DNA of 64,000 nucleotides, from the IMG/VR virus record IMGVR_UViG_3300045282_000084, positions 15,347 through 79,346 of that record; one strand, written 5' to 3'. This stretch comes from a virus. Position 1 is the stretch's first letter, and each line of letters starts with the position of its first letter. The notes under the pieces are model-generated. The model made no database searches and had not been told where the DNA came from. It saw only the letters and a program-made list of their open reading frames with translations. Of this stretch, positions 37,800-47,159 are shown in pieces. The position numbers and the translations under genes were made by a program.

Positions 37800-38428
37800 T
37801 GGCCTTCATCGATCTTGACATGACATTCCGGCCGATCGACAAGTGGCCGAGCAAGTTGACCCCCGATTGGGAGCGTCGTCGTGCGCCCTTCAAGGCCAAA
37901 TGGATGGACACCGTGGGTCTGTTGGAGCGTGAGCTACGCATGCTCGACGCCGAGCACACTGTCGTGCAGGTGGCCCTGGATGAGTCACAGATAAGACTCG
38001 ATGGACGGCCGCGTGCTGCCGCAGTAGCCTCCCATCCGGGGGTCATCATCGCTTTCGATTCCAAGCACGGTCCCTTGCAGTACAGCACCGACAAGTACGA
38101 GAGCTGGCAAGAGAACATCAGGGCTATCGCCCTGGCGCTTGAGTCGCTGCGTCGAGTCGATCGCTACGGCGTCTCGAAGCAAGGTGAGCAGTACAAGGGC
38201 TGGCGTCAGTTGACACAGACCACCGGCCCCCACTTTGCGGGCAAGGGTGAGGCGGCTGAGTGGCTGGCGGACATCATCGGCTACTACGACGCAAGCGACA
38301 TCCTCGACTTCGATGATCGGGCGCGTGACGCATATATCTCTGCGGCCAAGAAGCTGCACCCTGATGCTGGTGGATCTGAGGGTGAGTTTCGCAAGCTGGT
38401 GTTGGCGAAGGAGGTGCTCGGCGTATGA
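37799..38428 (+). CDS. Phage protein with C-terminal DnaJ-like J domain
   Basis: NIRAIALALESLRRVDRYGV; AYISAAKKLHPDAGGS (HPD). Confidence 0.8.
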   Translation: MAFIDLDMTFRPIDKWPSKLTPDWERRRAPFKAKWMDTVGLLERELRMLDAEHTVVQVALDESQIRLDGRPRAAAVASHPGVIIAFDSKHGPLQYSTDKYESWQENIRAIALALESLRRVDRYGVSKQGEQYKGWRQLTQTTGPHFAGKGEAAEWLADIIGYYDASDILDFDDRARDAYISAAKKLHPDAGGSEGEFRKLVLAKEVLGV

Positions 38429-38655
38429 CCAAGCTGGAGGCGTTCTGCCTCGCTCAGTTGGAGAAGAAGGTGATGAGTACGCGGGCGCTGACTGTGGCTG
38501 CTCGCCGTACACTCGGGGCCAAAGTCTCAAACACGATGCACGCGATGCCCACGCCCGTCAACTACGCCGCCATCGAGGTTGCCCTGCGCTCCCTCGAACG
38601 CGATGGGCTTGTGCTGCGCCGTGGGCACCCACCCGAATGGAAGGCCCGTGGGTAA
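38425..38655 (+). CDS. Small winged-helix-like protein
   Basis: ALRSLERDGLV..W; coupled start. Confidence 0.45.
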   Translation: MTKLEAFCLAQLEKKVMSTRALTVAARRTLGAKVSNTMHAMPTPVNYAAIEVALRSLERDGLVLRRGHPPEWKARG

Positions 38656-39229
38656 GGCTGGTCGTCCCAGGCTGTACGACCACGACGAGATCAAGCGGTT
38701 GTATGCAGAGGGTAAGACGCCCTGGCAGATCCACAAGATCATCGGCTGTGACGGAAAGACCCCCTACATCGTGCTTGGCCTACAGCGTCCCCGAACGCCT
38801 GAGTCGCTCGCCCGTACCAAGGCCCAGAAACGGCTGCGAACGCAACGCCGACAGGAGCGCCGTCGCCTGGCCCGCGAGGCCCGCATCACCGCCGCCCTGG
38901 AAGCGATCAGGGAGTTCAGCGCGTGGAATGGTGGCCCACCTCACTTTCGGGACTGGGGCACGAATGATCTGCCCTCGGCGAACACCATCCACACGCTGTT
39001 TGGCGGTGCAGGGGCAGCGGTACGAGCGGCTGGGTTCGAGTTCGAGCCGGACAAATCAGGGGGCCGTCACCCGACCGTTGAACGCAAGACACAGGCGGAT
39101 GTGACACCGTGCCAGCGGGCGGGGTGTCATCGCAAGGGATTGTATCTGTACAGCGATTTCCTGCTCAACTTGAGCGAAAAACTCTGCCTTGAGCACTATC
39201 AGGAACGAATGAATGCCCTCTCACGGTGA
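38648..39229 (+). CDS. HTH protein with homing-endonuclease-associated repeat-like segment
   Basis: IKRLYAEGKTPWQI (HTH); PPHFRDW..LPSANTIHTLFG..AVRAAG. Confidence 0.55.
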   Translation: MGKAGRPRLYDHDEIKRLYAEGKTPWQIHKIIGCDGKTPYIVLGLQRPRTPESLARTKAQKRLRTQRRQERRRLAREARITAALEAIREFSAWNGGPPHFRDWGTNDLPSANTIHTLFGGAGAAVRAAGFEFEPDKSGGRHPTVERKTQADVTPCQRAGCHRKGLYLYSDFLLNLSEKLCLEHYQERMNALSR

Positions 39230-39275
39230 TGGTACACTTCGCGCACAGTCAGGTAAACCACCGAAAGGGGCAAGC

Positions 39276-39566
39276 ATGCACTCCTACCACGCGAGAACAG
39301 ACCCGAGCATTGATCCCATGTACTTCGACGGCTGCGCCGAGTGTCTCCACCACGCGCAGAGGCCAGAGGTGTACCTGGACACCGAGCGCTTGGCGGCCAT
39401 GTGGGACGAGATGGTGCGCGTTGAGCGAGATTACAGCGAGAGCTATCGCTCCGTCGCCGATGGCGTTGCGGGCCGAAACCTCTATCGGTTCGCGGTGTTC
39501 ATGGAGCGGATCGGGATCAACCCATGGCAACCGTTGGGGGAGATGGTAGTACGGCCACCGTTCTAG
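39276..39566 (+). CDS. Hypothetical protein under a CCCTCT promoter
   Basis: Promoter 39216-39238, GAAAGGGG SD; DGCAEC. Confidence 0.6.
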   Translation: MHSYHARTDPSIDPMYFDGCAECLHHAQRPEVYLDTERLAAMWDEMVRVERDYSESYRSVADGVAGRNLYRFAVFMERIGINPWQPLGEMVVRPPF

Positions 39567-39672
39567 CCATAGTCGTCATGTGCATGCTGTTCGCGGCCTT
39601 CAAGGGTGCGGCTCGCAAGCGCAAGTACCTGCCCGAGAAGCGACGGCGATCGATTCGCCTGTGGTGGTTCTG

Positions 39673-39870
39673 GTGAGCGACCCTCAGAACATGTACGTGT
39701 GCGACCTGTGCCACGAGGAGTTCGAGGGTGCATCCTCCCATGAGGATGCTCTAGCCGAGGCCGTTGCGATGTTCGGAGATGCAGTTGCGAAGCCAGAGGA
39801 TCGGGGTGTCGTGTGCGACGATTGCTGGCCGGAAGTGCGAAGGTGGCTAACAAACCAAGGCTTGATATGA
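39673..39870 (+). CDS. Small Zn-finger protein
   Basis: CDLC..CDDC. Confidence 0.6.
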   Translation: MSDPQNMYVCDLCHEEFEGASSHEDALAEAVAMFGDAVAKPEDRGVVCDDCWPEVRRWLTNQGLI

Positions 39871-40283
39871 GGGTGACCAACATTCCACCCGGTCTGCTTT
39901 GCACCCGCCACCTTCTGCGAGAGCACCTGGCGATCCATCAGTTCTCCGACTATGCGCGCTCGAATCGCATCCAGCCCTACGCCGATGCTGGACTGGTCGA
40001 GGTTCACAATCTCCGCCGTCGCCACGATGAAATCGCCAACGAGATGAAGACGCGCACACTGTTTCACTGGGACAAAGCCGAGGAACGCAAGTGGCAGGGC
40101 ATAGAACTACGTGAGACAGGGAGGGTCGATCCAGGCATGAATCTGGACATCCTTCGCTACGAGTGTCCCGACTGCTCCTCGCTGATCAAACACGCCGCAG
40201 AGAACGGCGAGGTGTCAGCCGCACCGAGATTGCGAGGGCGTACAGTACGCGCTCACCAGCGCGAGCAGAAAGGGTGGTCGTGA
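39867..40283 (+). CDS. denV: Pyrimidine dimer DNA glycosylase/endonuclease V-like protein
   Basis: MRV..IPP.LLC.RHLL.EH..IH; RHDEIANEM..R..H. Confidence 0.65.
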   Translation: MRVTNIPPGLLCTRHLLREHLAIHQFSDYARSNRIQPYADAGLVEVHNLRRRHDEIANEMKTRTLFHWDKAEERKWQGIELRETGRVDPGMNLDILRYECPDCSSLIKHAAENGEVSAAPRLRGRTVRAHQREQKGWS

Positions 40284-40429
40284 GCTTTTTTCAGATCGAC
40301 AAGGAGATCCCATGCCCCGATTGCGAGTCATCGATGGACCCCGACGAGCAGCTCTCCTGCCCCACCTGTGGGGGAGCTGGCGTGGTGCCTGAGTCGTGGG
40401 TAAGCCCCGAAAGGGAGCGCGAGACCTGA
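40280..40429 (+). CDS. Small Zn-ribbon protein
   Basis: CPDC..CPTCGGAG. Confidence 0.5.
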   Translation: MSFFQIDKEIPCPDCESSMDPDEQLSCPTCGGAGVVPESWVSPERERET

Positions 40430-40725
40430 CCCTGTGGGACGACGCTGTGAGGCAGATCGCCATCGACGGAGGCACCTTCAACCCAGAGCGTGACGGAGAC
40501 CGGCTTCGCCGCCAGTTGGTGCGCGTGCGCTCACTGATGCTCGACGGTCGCTGGCGCACACTGGCTGAAATCAGCCTGGTCACCGGCTACCCCGAGGCGT
40601 CGGTGTCTGCCCGTCTGCGTGATCTGCGCAAGGCGCGCTTCGGCTCGCACTTGGTGGAGCGAGAGTACGTGTCGAAGGGACTTTGGAAATACCGTGTCGA
40701 ACGCCCCAGCCCACCACCGGAGTGA
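40396..40725 (+). CDS. Winged-helix phage protein
   Basis: MLDGRWRTLAEIS..PEASVSARLRDLRK. Confidence 0.7.
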   Translation: MGKPRKGARDLTLWDDAVRQIAIDGGTFNPERDGDRLRRQLVRVRSLMLDGRWRTLAEISLVTGYPEASVSARLRDLRKARFGSHLVEREYVSKGLWKYRVERPSPPPE

Positions 40726-41197
40726 TGGAAGCTGCGACTGGGATGGCTGCGGAGACAAAGCCACTCAGACGCTGTACGTCAGCTCTGGATTCGACGGTAA
40801 GAAAGTAGAGATCAGAGTGTGCGACAAACACCACCGGAGCTTGACCAAGCCATGGACGGCCTGACCAACAGCGAGAAAGCCATACTGAACGTGGTGCTCG
40901 AAGTGTCGCAGGAGTACGACATGGCCTTCGATGCAGCCGCCGAACGGATAGGGATTGACAAGGATTATGCCTTCCGACTATTCCTCAAAGCGCACGGGTT
41001 GCAAAGACCGTAAGATCGGCGAGATCAAGTGGGTAACTCTGAAAGGGCCGATCAAGATCGAAGTGAAGGGCCGAGTGCATCAGATGTTCGAGGGCGATGT
41101 CGTAGGATGGGATTCAGAAGGAGACATCTTGATAGGGTTTCGGACGGTCTAAGTGACCCCGTATAATGACATGCGAACGACAAACAAAGGGGAGACG

Positions 41198-41332
41198 ATG
41201 GCAACATGCAAGCGGTGCGGCACAATGGGCGCAACCGCTGAGTTTCGCAAGTCGCCCACGGCCGGGTACCTGTGCAAGGACCACGTGGCCTGTAAGCGCC
41301 GTGAGCGCAAGATCCGCGAGGCACGCAGATGA
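41198..41332 (+). CDS. 44-aa Cys-rich protein
   Basis: MATCKRCG..LCKDHVAC; promoter CGGTCT-N11-TATAAT and SD upstream. Confidence 0.55.
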   Translation: MATCKRCGTMGATAEFRKSPTAGYLCKDHVACKRRERKIREARR

Positions 41333-42102
41333 AGCCAGAGCCGTGGTGTTGCAAGGATGTGGCTGACCCTTGCTGCATCGACATCGCAGAGGTGGTGGAT
41401 TACAGCCTGATCGGTCGCAGCAGCAAGCCCGCCGTGACCCGCCTGCTCCACCGCGACTGGTGGCGGCAGTATCAGGTGCCGTGGCCAGTGGCCGAGGTTG
41501 GAGATTGGGCGGTGCGTAGGTATGAGATCAAGCCCGCCTGGGCTGCGCTGCACAACTTGAATCACCCAGATGTGGGCCTGCACGTGACCCCCGGCGAGTA
41601 CACCAAGCTGATGTTCAAGAACCGGGATGTGGTCATGTCCGACACACAGGCGGAAATCCAGGATCACCTGGAGTTCATCGACCGCGCCCATGGCCGGGTG
41701 CTGATCAACGGTCTTGGACTCGGCGTGTCCCTCAGAGCCATCCTCATGAAGCATCAGGGTGGGTGCGTCGAGCACGTCGATGTGGTGGAGATCGAACAGG
41801 ACGTGATCGACCTGATCGGCCCCCACTTCGCGGATGACTCTCGCGTCACCATCCACCAGGCGGACGCCTACACGGTCACATGGCCGCGCAACACGAGATG
41901 GCACGTAGCCTGGCATGACATCTGGCCCTCGATTGACCCGGACGAACTCGCGCAGCACACCAGGCTGCTGCGAAAGTACAGCCAGCGCGTCAACTGGCAG
42001 GGATGCTGGAAGCACGACTGGATGGTGAAGTTCGCTCGATGGGAGAAAGAGCACAGTCGCAGGCGCGATGAAGATGTCGTTGGAGCATACGTCGCCTCGT
42101 AA
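41329..42102 (+). CDS. Class I SAM-dependent methyltransferase, spermidine-synthase-like fold
   Basis: VMSDT..E, RVLINGLGLG, VDVVEIEQDV, IHQADAY, WHDIW. Confidence 0.8.
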   Translation: MKPEPWCCKDVADPCCIDIAEVVDYSLIGRSSKPAVTRLLHRDWWRQYQVPWPVAEVGDWAVRRYEIKPAWAALHNLNHPDVGLHVTPGEYTKLMFKNRDVVMSDTQAEIQDHLEFIDRAHGRVLINGLGLGVSLRAILMKHQGGCVEHVDVVEIEQDVIDLIGPHFADDSRVTIHQADAYTVTWPRNTRWHVAWHDIWPSIDPDELAQHTRLLRKYSQRVNWQGCWKHDWMVKFARWEKEHSRRRDEDVVGAYVAS

Positions 42103-42150
42103 ACCCTGGTAGAATATGCAGCATCATTCAGGGGGAAGGGAGGTGAACGT

Positions 42151-42354
42151 ATGGCGAGCGAACTGGCAGTCAAGGCAGCGACACTGGTCGATGTGAAGAA
42201 CAGGCTGGAGGCGGAGGTCGCGAGCAAGTCCAAGCGCATCGGTTTCCAGCGTGCGATCGACGTTGTGACCAGCATGCACCTGGAGCTTCTGAACGAGGTT
42301 CTGGCGCGTGAGAACGAGACGGACAGTGACAAGGTTCGGAAGGTGAGCGCGTAG
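42151..42354 (+). CDS. Small helical protein
   Basis: GGAGGT SD, upstream TAGAAT, downstream terminator. Confidence 0.65.
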   Translation: MASELAVKAATLVDVKNRLEAEVASKSKRIGFQRAIDVVTSMHLELLNEVLARENETDSDKVRKVSA

Positions 42355-42383
42355 AACTGTGCGCTTCGGAGTGGGGATGGCTT

Positions 42384-42408
42384 AGAGGGGACTTCGGTCC
42401 CCTCTTTG
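42384..42408 (+). terminator. Intrinsic terminator
   Basis: AGAGGGGAC-TTCG-GTCCCCTCT-TTG. Confidence 0.75.
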
Positions 42409-42479
42409 CGTTCCTATGCAGACCCTCTACCGTAGGTGATATTGTGTACGCACATGGTAGTCAACCGAAAGGGTGGAAG

Positions 42480-42956
42480 GTGTCTGAAACTGCTGACCTG
42501 GCGCTCGCGGCGTTGGGGCCTGTGTTCGCGCGCCGCGATGCGCTCATCGCGGAGCAGGAGCAGGTCGTGGCCCGCGCGCTTGAGATCGCGGTTGAACTGC
42601 GAGTGATGGAGATGCTCGCAGCCGCGGTCAAGGACGTACAGGATGTCGAGGCAACCAAGGAGGATCAGCCCGAGCCCGAGCCGAACGACGACAACGGCAA
42701 CGGGCGCAAGCCCAAGAGTCGCGGCCACAAGTCCAAGGGCGTGTCCGAGTACATGATCGCACGCGTGCTCCACTACTTGCGCGACCACGACACCGAGGAT
42801 GTCGGCAGCACGGAACTCATGGAGGCGTTGCACACGAGCCGTGAGACCGTCAACCGGTCACTGGAGATCCTGCGCGTCCGTCACATGGCGCGCAAGGTTG
42901 GACGTGCGGACGGAAAGGGCAGAGCGATGTTGTGGTCGGTGATGGATGCCGAGTAA
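42480..42956 (+). CDS. Coiled-coil plus C-terminal winged-HTH protein
   Basis: STELMEALHTSRETVNRSLEILR. Confidence 0.6.
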   Translation: MSETADLALAALGPVFARRDALIAEQEQVVARALEIAVELRVMEMLAAAVKDVQDVEATKEDQPEPEPNDDNGNGRKPKSRGHKSKGVSEYMIARVLHYLRDHDTEDVGSTELMEALHTSRETVNRSLEILRVRHMARKVGRADGKGRAMLWSVMDAE

Positions 42957-43377
42957 GCCCTACAGTCTCGCACTCAGAGAGTTCAACGACATAGAGCTGC
43001 TGAACATCGTCAGGGACTTGACCGACACCGACTCAGGATGGGCGAGCGCAGAGCTGATCGCCAGTCGGTGCGGCTTGCAGCACGATAACCCCATCCGCTG
43101 CGTGTGCGTGCGCATGGCCTGGATGAGCCGGTACGGTGCGGTTGAGCGGAACCCCGACGAGGCGTACCATTACCGCCTCACGGACGAGGGCGAGGCTCTA
43201 ATCGGCACCAAGGGCTGGCTCAACGCGACCCAACAGAAGGCTCTCGACAGCATCCGTGACGAGCAGCTCCTGAGTCTGATGACCAGGGTATCCGGGTCGT
43301 TCCTGCAAGCGGATATGACCCCAGCCACCATGATGCGCAGACACTGGCAGTGGACGATGGCGAACCGGCCACGATGA
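42946..43377 (+). CDS. Winged-helix protein
   Basis: SAELIASRCG..WMSRYGAVE..YRLTDEG. Confidence 0.55.
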   Translation: MPSKPYSLALREFNDIELLNIVRDLTDTDSGWASAELIASRCGLQHDNPIRCVCVRMAWMSRYGAVERNPDEAYHYRLTDEGEALIGTKGWLNATQQKALDSIRDEQLLSLMTRVSGSFLQADMTPATMMRRHWQWTMANRPR

Positions 43378-43592
43378 AGCACCCGCTTGGTCACGGCCCT
43401 GCACCGCTACGGCCACCACGGCTTCGGCGGGGGATGCGAATCAAGTTTTGGGAGCTGACCATGCTCGATAACGATGGGTTCGTCGCCGAGAAGACGACTC
43501 ACGAAGACCGCGCGACCGCAGAGCGCAGGCGCGACGCGCAGATGAACACCGGCAGATTCGGCGGCTACGTCGTGCAGGCGGTATGGGAGTAA
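43374..43592 (+). CDS. Hypothetical protein
   Basis: ATGA coupling. Confidence 0.4.
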   Translation: MKHPLGHGPAPLRPPRLRRGMRIKFWELTMLDNDGFVAEKTTHEDRATAERRRDAQMNTGRFGGYVVQAVWE

Positions 43593-43632
43593 GAGTCGCT
43601 GCATTTCTGGAAACGATTTACGAGAGGATCAC

Positions 43633-43812
43633 ATGGCCATCAGCCACTTCACCCTTCATCAGTGCCCAAACCCGGAGTGTCCCGCGAACACGCTCGTGCC
43701 CCCCGAACGGGAAACTGCCATCGGAGACCCGGTGACGATGCGGTGGCACTGCTTCCGCTGCCTCCGGTCAGGCAGCATCTTCTTCGTCATCGACGGCGAG
43801 CCCATGCCGTGA
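43633..43812 (+). CDS. Small Zn-ribbon protein
   Basis: CPNPEC..CFRC; GAGG SD. Confidence 0.5.
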   Translation: MAISHFTLHQCPNPECPANTLVPPERETAIGDPVTMRWHCFRCLRSGSIFFVIDGEPMP

Positions 43813-43819
43813 CAAGGTT

Positions 43820-43854
43820 GGGGGGCCGGTGTCGCGTCGGATCACCGGCCCCCC
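43820..43854. terminator. Hairpin between convergent genes
   Basis: GGGGGGCCGGTG...CACCGGCCCCCC. Confidence 0.65.
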
Positions 43855-43862
43855 TGCTGCGG

Positions 43863-44525
43863 CTAATACCAGCCATAGCTTTCGCTGTGCGCCCAGGCGT
43901 TGAGCGGATCGCCATAACGAGCGGCGATGTACCCGAAGCCCCACTCGATCTGACCCTGAACCGAATGGTCAGGGATCTTCGAGCAAGGGAGCGCCTGCGG
44001 GATTCCGCACGCGCCCGAGGAGCTGTTCATGGCATTCGGGTTCCAGCCCGACTCGCGGTTCCAAAGGTTGTACAGGGCGATGAACTCACTCCCTGTCCAG
44101 CCTCGGTGTGCAGCCAGGATGCGGCCGATCTGCACCGGGGTGCCGGTCGGGTTCTCCTGGAGCCACGCGAGATAGTGCATATGCGCCCGATGCGAGCGGA
44201 AGTGCCAGAGATTCAGCGCCCATGTTCCGTAGGCGACCGAGCACGACTGTTCGACCACACCGCCGTAGCGGTAGTGGATGGGCTTGCTCATCAGCTTGCG
44301 CCAATGGACGTACTTTCCGTGGTAGAAGTGCACGGCCCAGACGAGGCCGGGGTGAGATACAGGGAGCTTGATGCAGGAATCCGAGGAGACCTCGGAGACC
44401 CTGATGCGCTCCGGCGTAATCGTGGCCGAGTGACTTCCCACTGCTGGCATGGCAACGAGGAACGCAAGCGCCCCTGTTGCTGCCAGGATCTTGATGCGGG
44501 TATGGATGGTCACGTATTGGGTCAT
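43863..44525 (-). CDS. Secreted lytic transglycosylase (SLT)
   Basis: Signal peptide; LWNRESGWNPNAMN..GACGIPQALP..QIEWG..YI..RYG..AW.H...GWY. Confidence 0.85.
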   Translation of the reverse strand: MTQYVTIHTRIKILAATGALAFLVAMPAVGSHSATITPERIRVSEVSSDSCIKLPVSHPGLVWAVHFYHGKYVHWRKLMSKPIHYRYGGVVEQSCSVAYGTWALNLWHFRSHRAHMHYLAWLQENPTGTPVQIGRILAAHRGWTGSEFIALYNLWNRESGWNPNAMNSSSGACGIPQALPCSKIPDHSVQGQIEWGFGYIAARYGDPLNAWAHSESYGWY

Positions 44526-44590
44526 CGACGCACACCGTTGCGACCGCCATACCGCAATCCGTTGAAAATCATGTAAGGATGTGGTAAATC

Positions 44591-45274
44591 ATGTCAGACA
44601 TTAGGCAACGATCAGTGAAGATCGAGCGTGATTGGAGATACAAGGGCTACGACTGCCAGGTTCTGATGACGCCGATGGGGCACCGCTGCGGGTACGTCCG
44701 GGTTCCTCCCGGCCATCCCTGGTGGCTCAAGGACTACGACGACCCGAGCACGGTTGCAGAGCAGATCGAGGAGCGAGAGATCAACTACGATCGCATCTCG
44801 CTCCTGGGGGCTCTGGCTGGGGTCAACCGCGAGGGGCCGGAGCCGTGGCTGCGCACGATCGAGGCTCAGGTTGAGGTCCACGGCGGGCTCACCTACGCGG
44901 GCGAGCTGGTGGACGGCCAGTGGTGGCTTGGCTTCGACTGCGCACACGCGGGCGACTTGCGCTCGCCCTCGGTCGAGGCCGAATATGCCGCCCGGTTTGG
45001 ACGCGAGCCGTGGGGCACTGAGATGGGCCACTACTGGACGAACAGGGAAGTCATCGCCGAGGTGCTGTTCCTTGCCGATCAGGTGTTCAAGGCCACGCTG
45101 CGCAACGTCGCCATGTGGGGCGGAAGGGAGTCAGACATCGAGAATGAGCCACGACGGGTAGCAATGCGCTCGCATGAGCAGGACGAGGAGCGTGAGGCCC
45201 GATCGCGCGAGATGGCCAAAATGGCCGAACAGTTGATGAAGGAGGGAGTCCTTGACACAGCCATCCCTAGGTGA
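44591..45274 (+). CDS. Conserved phage protein (GHRCGYV / VHGGLTY / GFDCAH motifs)
   Basis: Motif set; upstream TTGAAA-17 nt-TAAATC. Confidence 0.7.
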   Translation: MSDIRQRSVKIERDWRYKGYDCQVLMTPMGHRCGYVRVPPGHPWWLKDYDDPSTVAEQIEEREINYDRISLLGALAGVNREGPEPWLRTIEAQVEVHGGLTYAGELVDGQWWLGFDCAHAGDLRSPSVEAEYAARFGREPWGTEMGHYWTNREVIAEVLFLADQVFKATLRNVAMWGGRESDIENEPRRVAMRSHEQDEEREARSREMAKMAEQLMKEGVLDTAIPR

Positions 45275-45608
45275 ACCCCTGCCGCTGCGGCGGATGCCCG
45301 ACGATGTGCGCATCACGCAGATGTACGCCGAACAGGGTGCAATGCTTGTCGGCCTGTGGAAGCTGGGCGAGTGCCCGATCATTGTCAGCCGGGAACCAGA
45401 CTCAGGCAGCCTTCGTAGCTGGTGGCACATGTCGATCAGTCACGCCGACCGCTACCCGACTTGGAATGAGATCGGGCAGGCCCGGTACAAGCTTCTGCCT
45501 AGCGAGCTGACGTTCGGCATCCTGCTGCCACCGGTTGAGCAGTACGTGAACCTGCATCCCAACTGTTTTCATCTACATGAAATCGACCCCTGTGGGATGG
45601 CGACCTGA
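45252..45608 (+). CDS. Conserved phage protein (HMSIS..RYPTW..YVNLHPNCFHL)
   Basis: Motif set. Confidence 0.65.
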   Translation: MTQPSLGEPLPLRRMPDDVRITQMYAEQGAMLVGLWKLGECPIIVSREPDSGSLRSWWHMSISHADRYPTWNEIGQARYKLLPSELTFGILLPPVEQYVNLHPNCFHLHEIDPCGMAT

Positions 45609-45888
45609 GCCCCTCTCAGACAACAGGTACACTTATAGGTGACAGGGTAAACCACCACGCGAGGGGCTTCATGATGACTTCCATCGTCGCTGTGCTGTTC
45701 TTCTGGTGGGGCTGGGTCGCCGGGTATCACTACAGAGGTTCTCGATGGTGAGAAGATGACCATTAGCGAGCTGCTCGACTACCTCGACGGACGCGGCCTG
45801 GTCGTCACCGACTCAGACTTGATCGCGGAGGAACTGGTCGATGTGGGGCTGACTCCCGACACCGAGATCACCGAAAGGAAGTGAGACG

Positions 45889-46161
45889 ATGACCACCATG
45901 ACCAAAGATCAGGCGACGATCCAGGCGGAGACGACCAATGCCTCGCGCGACTTACGCCTGAACGACGACCAGCTCCAGATGCTGGCCGAGTACATCAGGG
46001 GCAACGGGTACAACTGGACCCACTACGCACACCGGCTGAACCCGTGGCGGAAGTGGTGTCCCTGCTCACGGGGAGAGTGTGTGGCGGTGCGCAAGCTGGC
46101 CCGCAAGCTCCCAAAGGAGACCCACCCCATTCTTCGCAAGTACGCGGAGACGTTGCGGTAG
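45889..46161 (+). CDS. Hypothetical protein
   Basis: GAAAGGA SD. Confidence 0.55.
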   Translation: MTTMTKDQATIQAETTNASRDLRLNDDQLQMLAEYIRGNGYNWTHYAHRLNPWRKWCPCSRGECVAVRKLARKLPKETHPILRKYAETLR

Positions 46162-46162
46162 C

Positions 46163-46191
46163 TTGACCGGAGTGTCAGTCAGACTTATACT
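46163..46191 (+). promoter_or_regulatory. Canonical SigA-type promoter
   Basis: TTGACC-17 nt-TATACT; spacer contains GTCAGTCAG. Confidence 0.7.
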
Positions 46192-46211
46192 TGAGGGGAA
46201 AAGGAGGTGAG

Positions 46212-46376
46212 ATGTGCCAGATCAAGCATTGTCCCCTGACGGCGACGATGACGCTGCGATTCGGGGGACGGGATCGGAAGCTGTGCGAGGGCCATGGAGT
46301 GGCGCTGAGGCGGCTGACCGAGCCGTTCATACTGGTGGCCCCGGCAACGGAGTCATCGACGTGGATCAAGCCGTAG
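46212..46376 (+). CDS. Small Cys/His protein
   Basis: AAGGAGGT SD; C...C..CEGH. Confidence 0.55.
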   Translation: MCQIKHCPLTATMTLRFGGRDRKLCEGHGVALRRLTEPFILVAPATESSTWIKP

Positions 46377-46861
46377 CCTGGTACACCCAGGATCGACGGA
46401 CCATGCCTGAGATCGCGATGCGATTCGGCGTGTCGAAGCAGGCGGTCCACAAGGCTCTGTCCGACGCTGGGGTCGAAGCCAGGCCACGCGAGGAAGCTCG
46501 CGCGATGGTGCTCGAACGCCAGTATCCACAGTCGTTCCGAGAGCAGGCACTCAAGCGCTGCGAGCAGATCGGGATCACGGCTGCGGCTGCCGAACTGCAC
46601 GTCTCCCGTCAGACGCTCAAGTCGTGGGGCGCGAAGGGCCGACCGCGCCGTAGGCCGCTGATCAGTTGGGTGGACATCAAGAAGATGTACCTCGATGGCC
46701 AGAGCCCCTACGAGATCGCGCCCGTCGCGGGCATCCACCCGAACGTGATCGCAGCCAAGCTGCGTGCGGGCGGCGTGAAGATGCGGTCGCGGTCTGAGGC
46801 CACCAAGCTGGCCGCTGCGAAGCGCCGGGTCGAGAGCGCCGAAGAAGTCCAAGCCTCGTAG
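46361..46861 (+). CDS. Multi-HTH DNA-binding protein (three HTH units)
   Basis: TMPEIAMRFGVSKQAV; ITAAAAELHVSRQTLKSW; SPYEIAPVAGIHPNVI. Confidence 0.7.
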   Translation: MDQAVAWYTQDRRTMPEIAMRFGVSKQAVHKALSDAGVEARPREEARAMVLERQYPQSFREQALKRCEQIGITAAAAELHVSRQTLKSWGAKGRPRRRPLISWVDIKKMYLDGQSPYEIAPVAGIHPNVIAAKLRAGGVKMRSRSEATKLAAAKRRVESAEEVQAS

Positions 46862-46863
46862 AC

Positions 46864-47094
46864 GTGCCCAGGCGCTACCAGCAGGCTGAGATCCTCCTCG
46901 CCGCTCGTCGCCACTACTCCAGACATGGGCAGTGGCCGACTGCGAGCGAGTGGCGACATGCGACCGATCTGCACCCATCGAATCAGACGGTGCTCGATCG
47001 GTTCGGGGCGTGGGACAACATGATCCGCATGGCTGGTGGCATCCCGCGTGGGCCTGGACGACCGAAGATTCGCGGGGCCGACACCTCTACTTGA
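46864..47094 (+). CDS. Stand-alone homing-endonuclease-associated repeat protein
   Basis: WPTASEW..HPSNQTVLDRFGAWDNMIRMAG. Confidence 0.6.
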   Translation: MPRRYQQAEILLAARRHYSRHGQWPTASEWRHATDLHPSNQTVLDRFGAWDNMIRMAGGIPRGPGRPKIRGADTST

Positions 47095-47159
47095 TTGCCC
47101 TCTAGGGGGTGCGATACCATCACCCTATAGGGTCAGTCAACGACCACAGGGAGGTTGGT

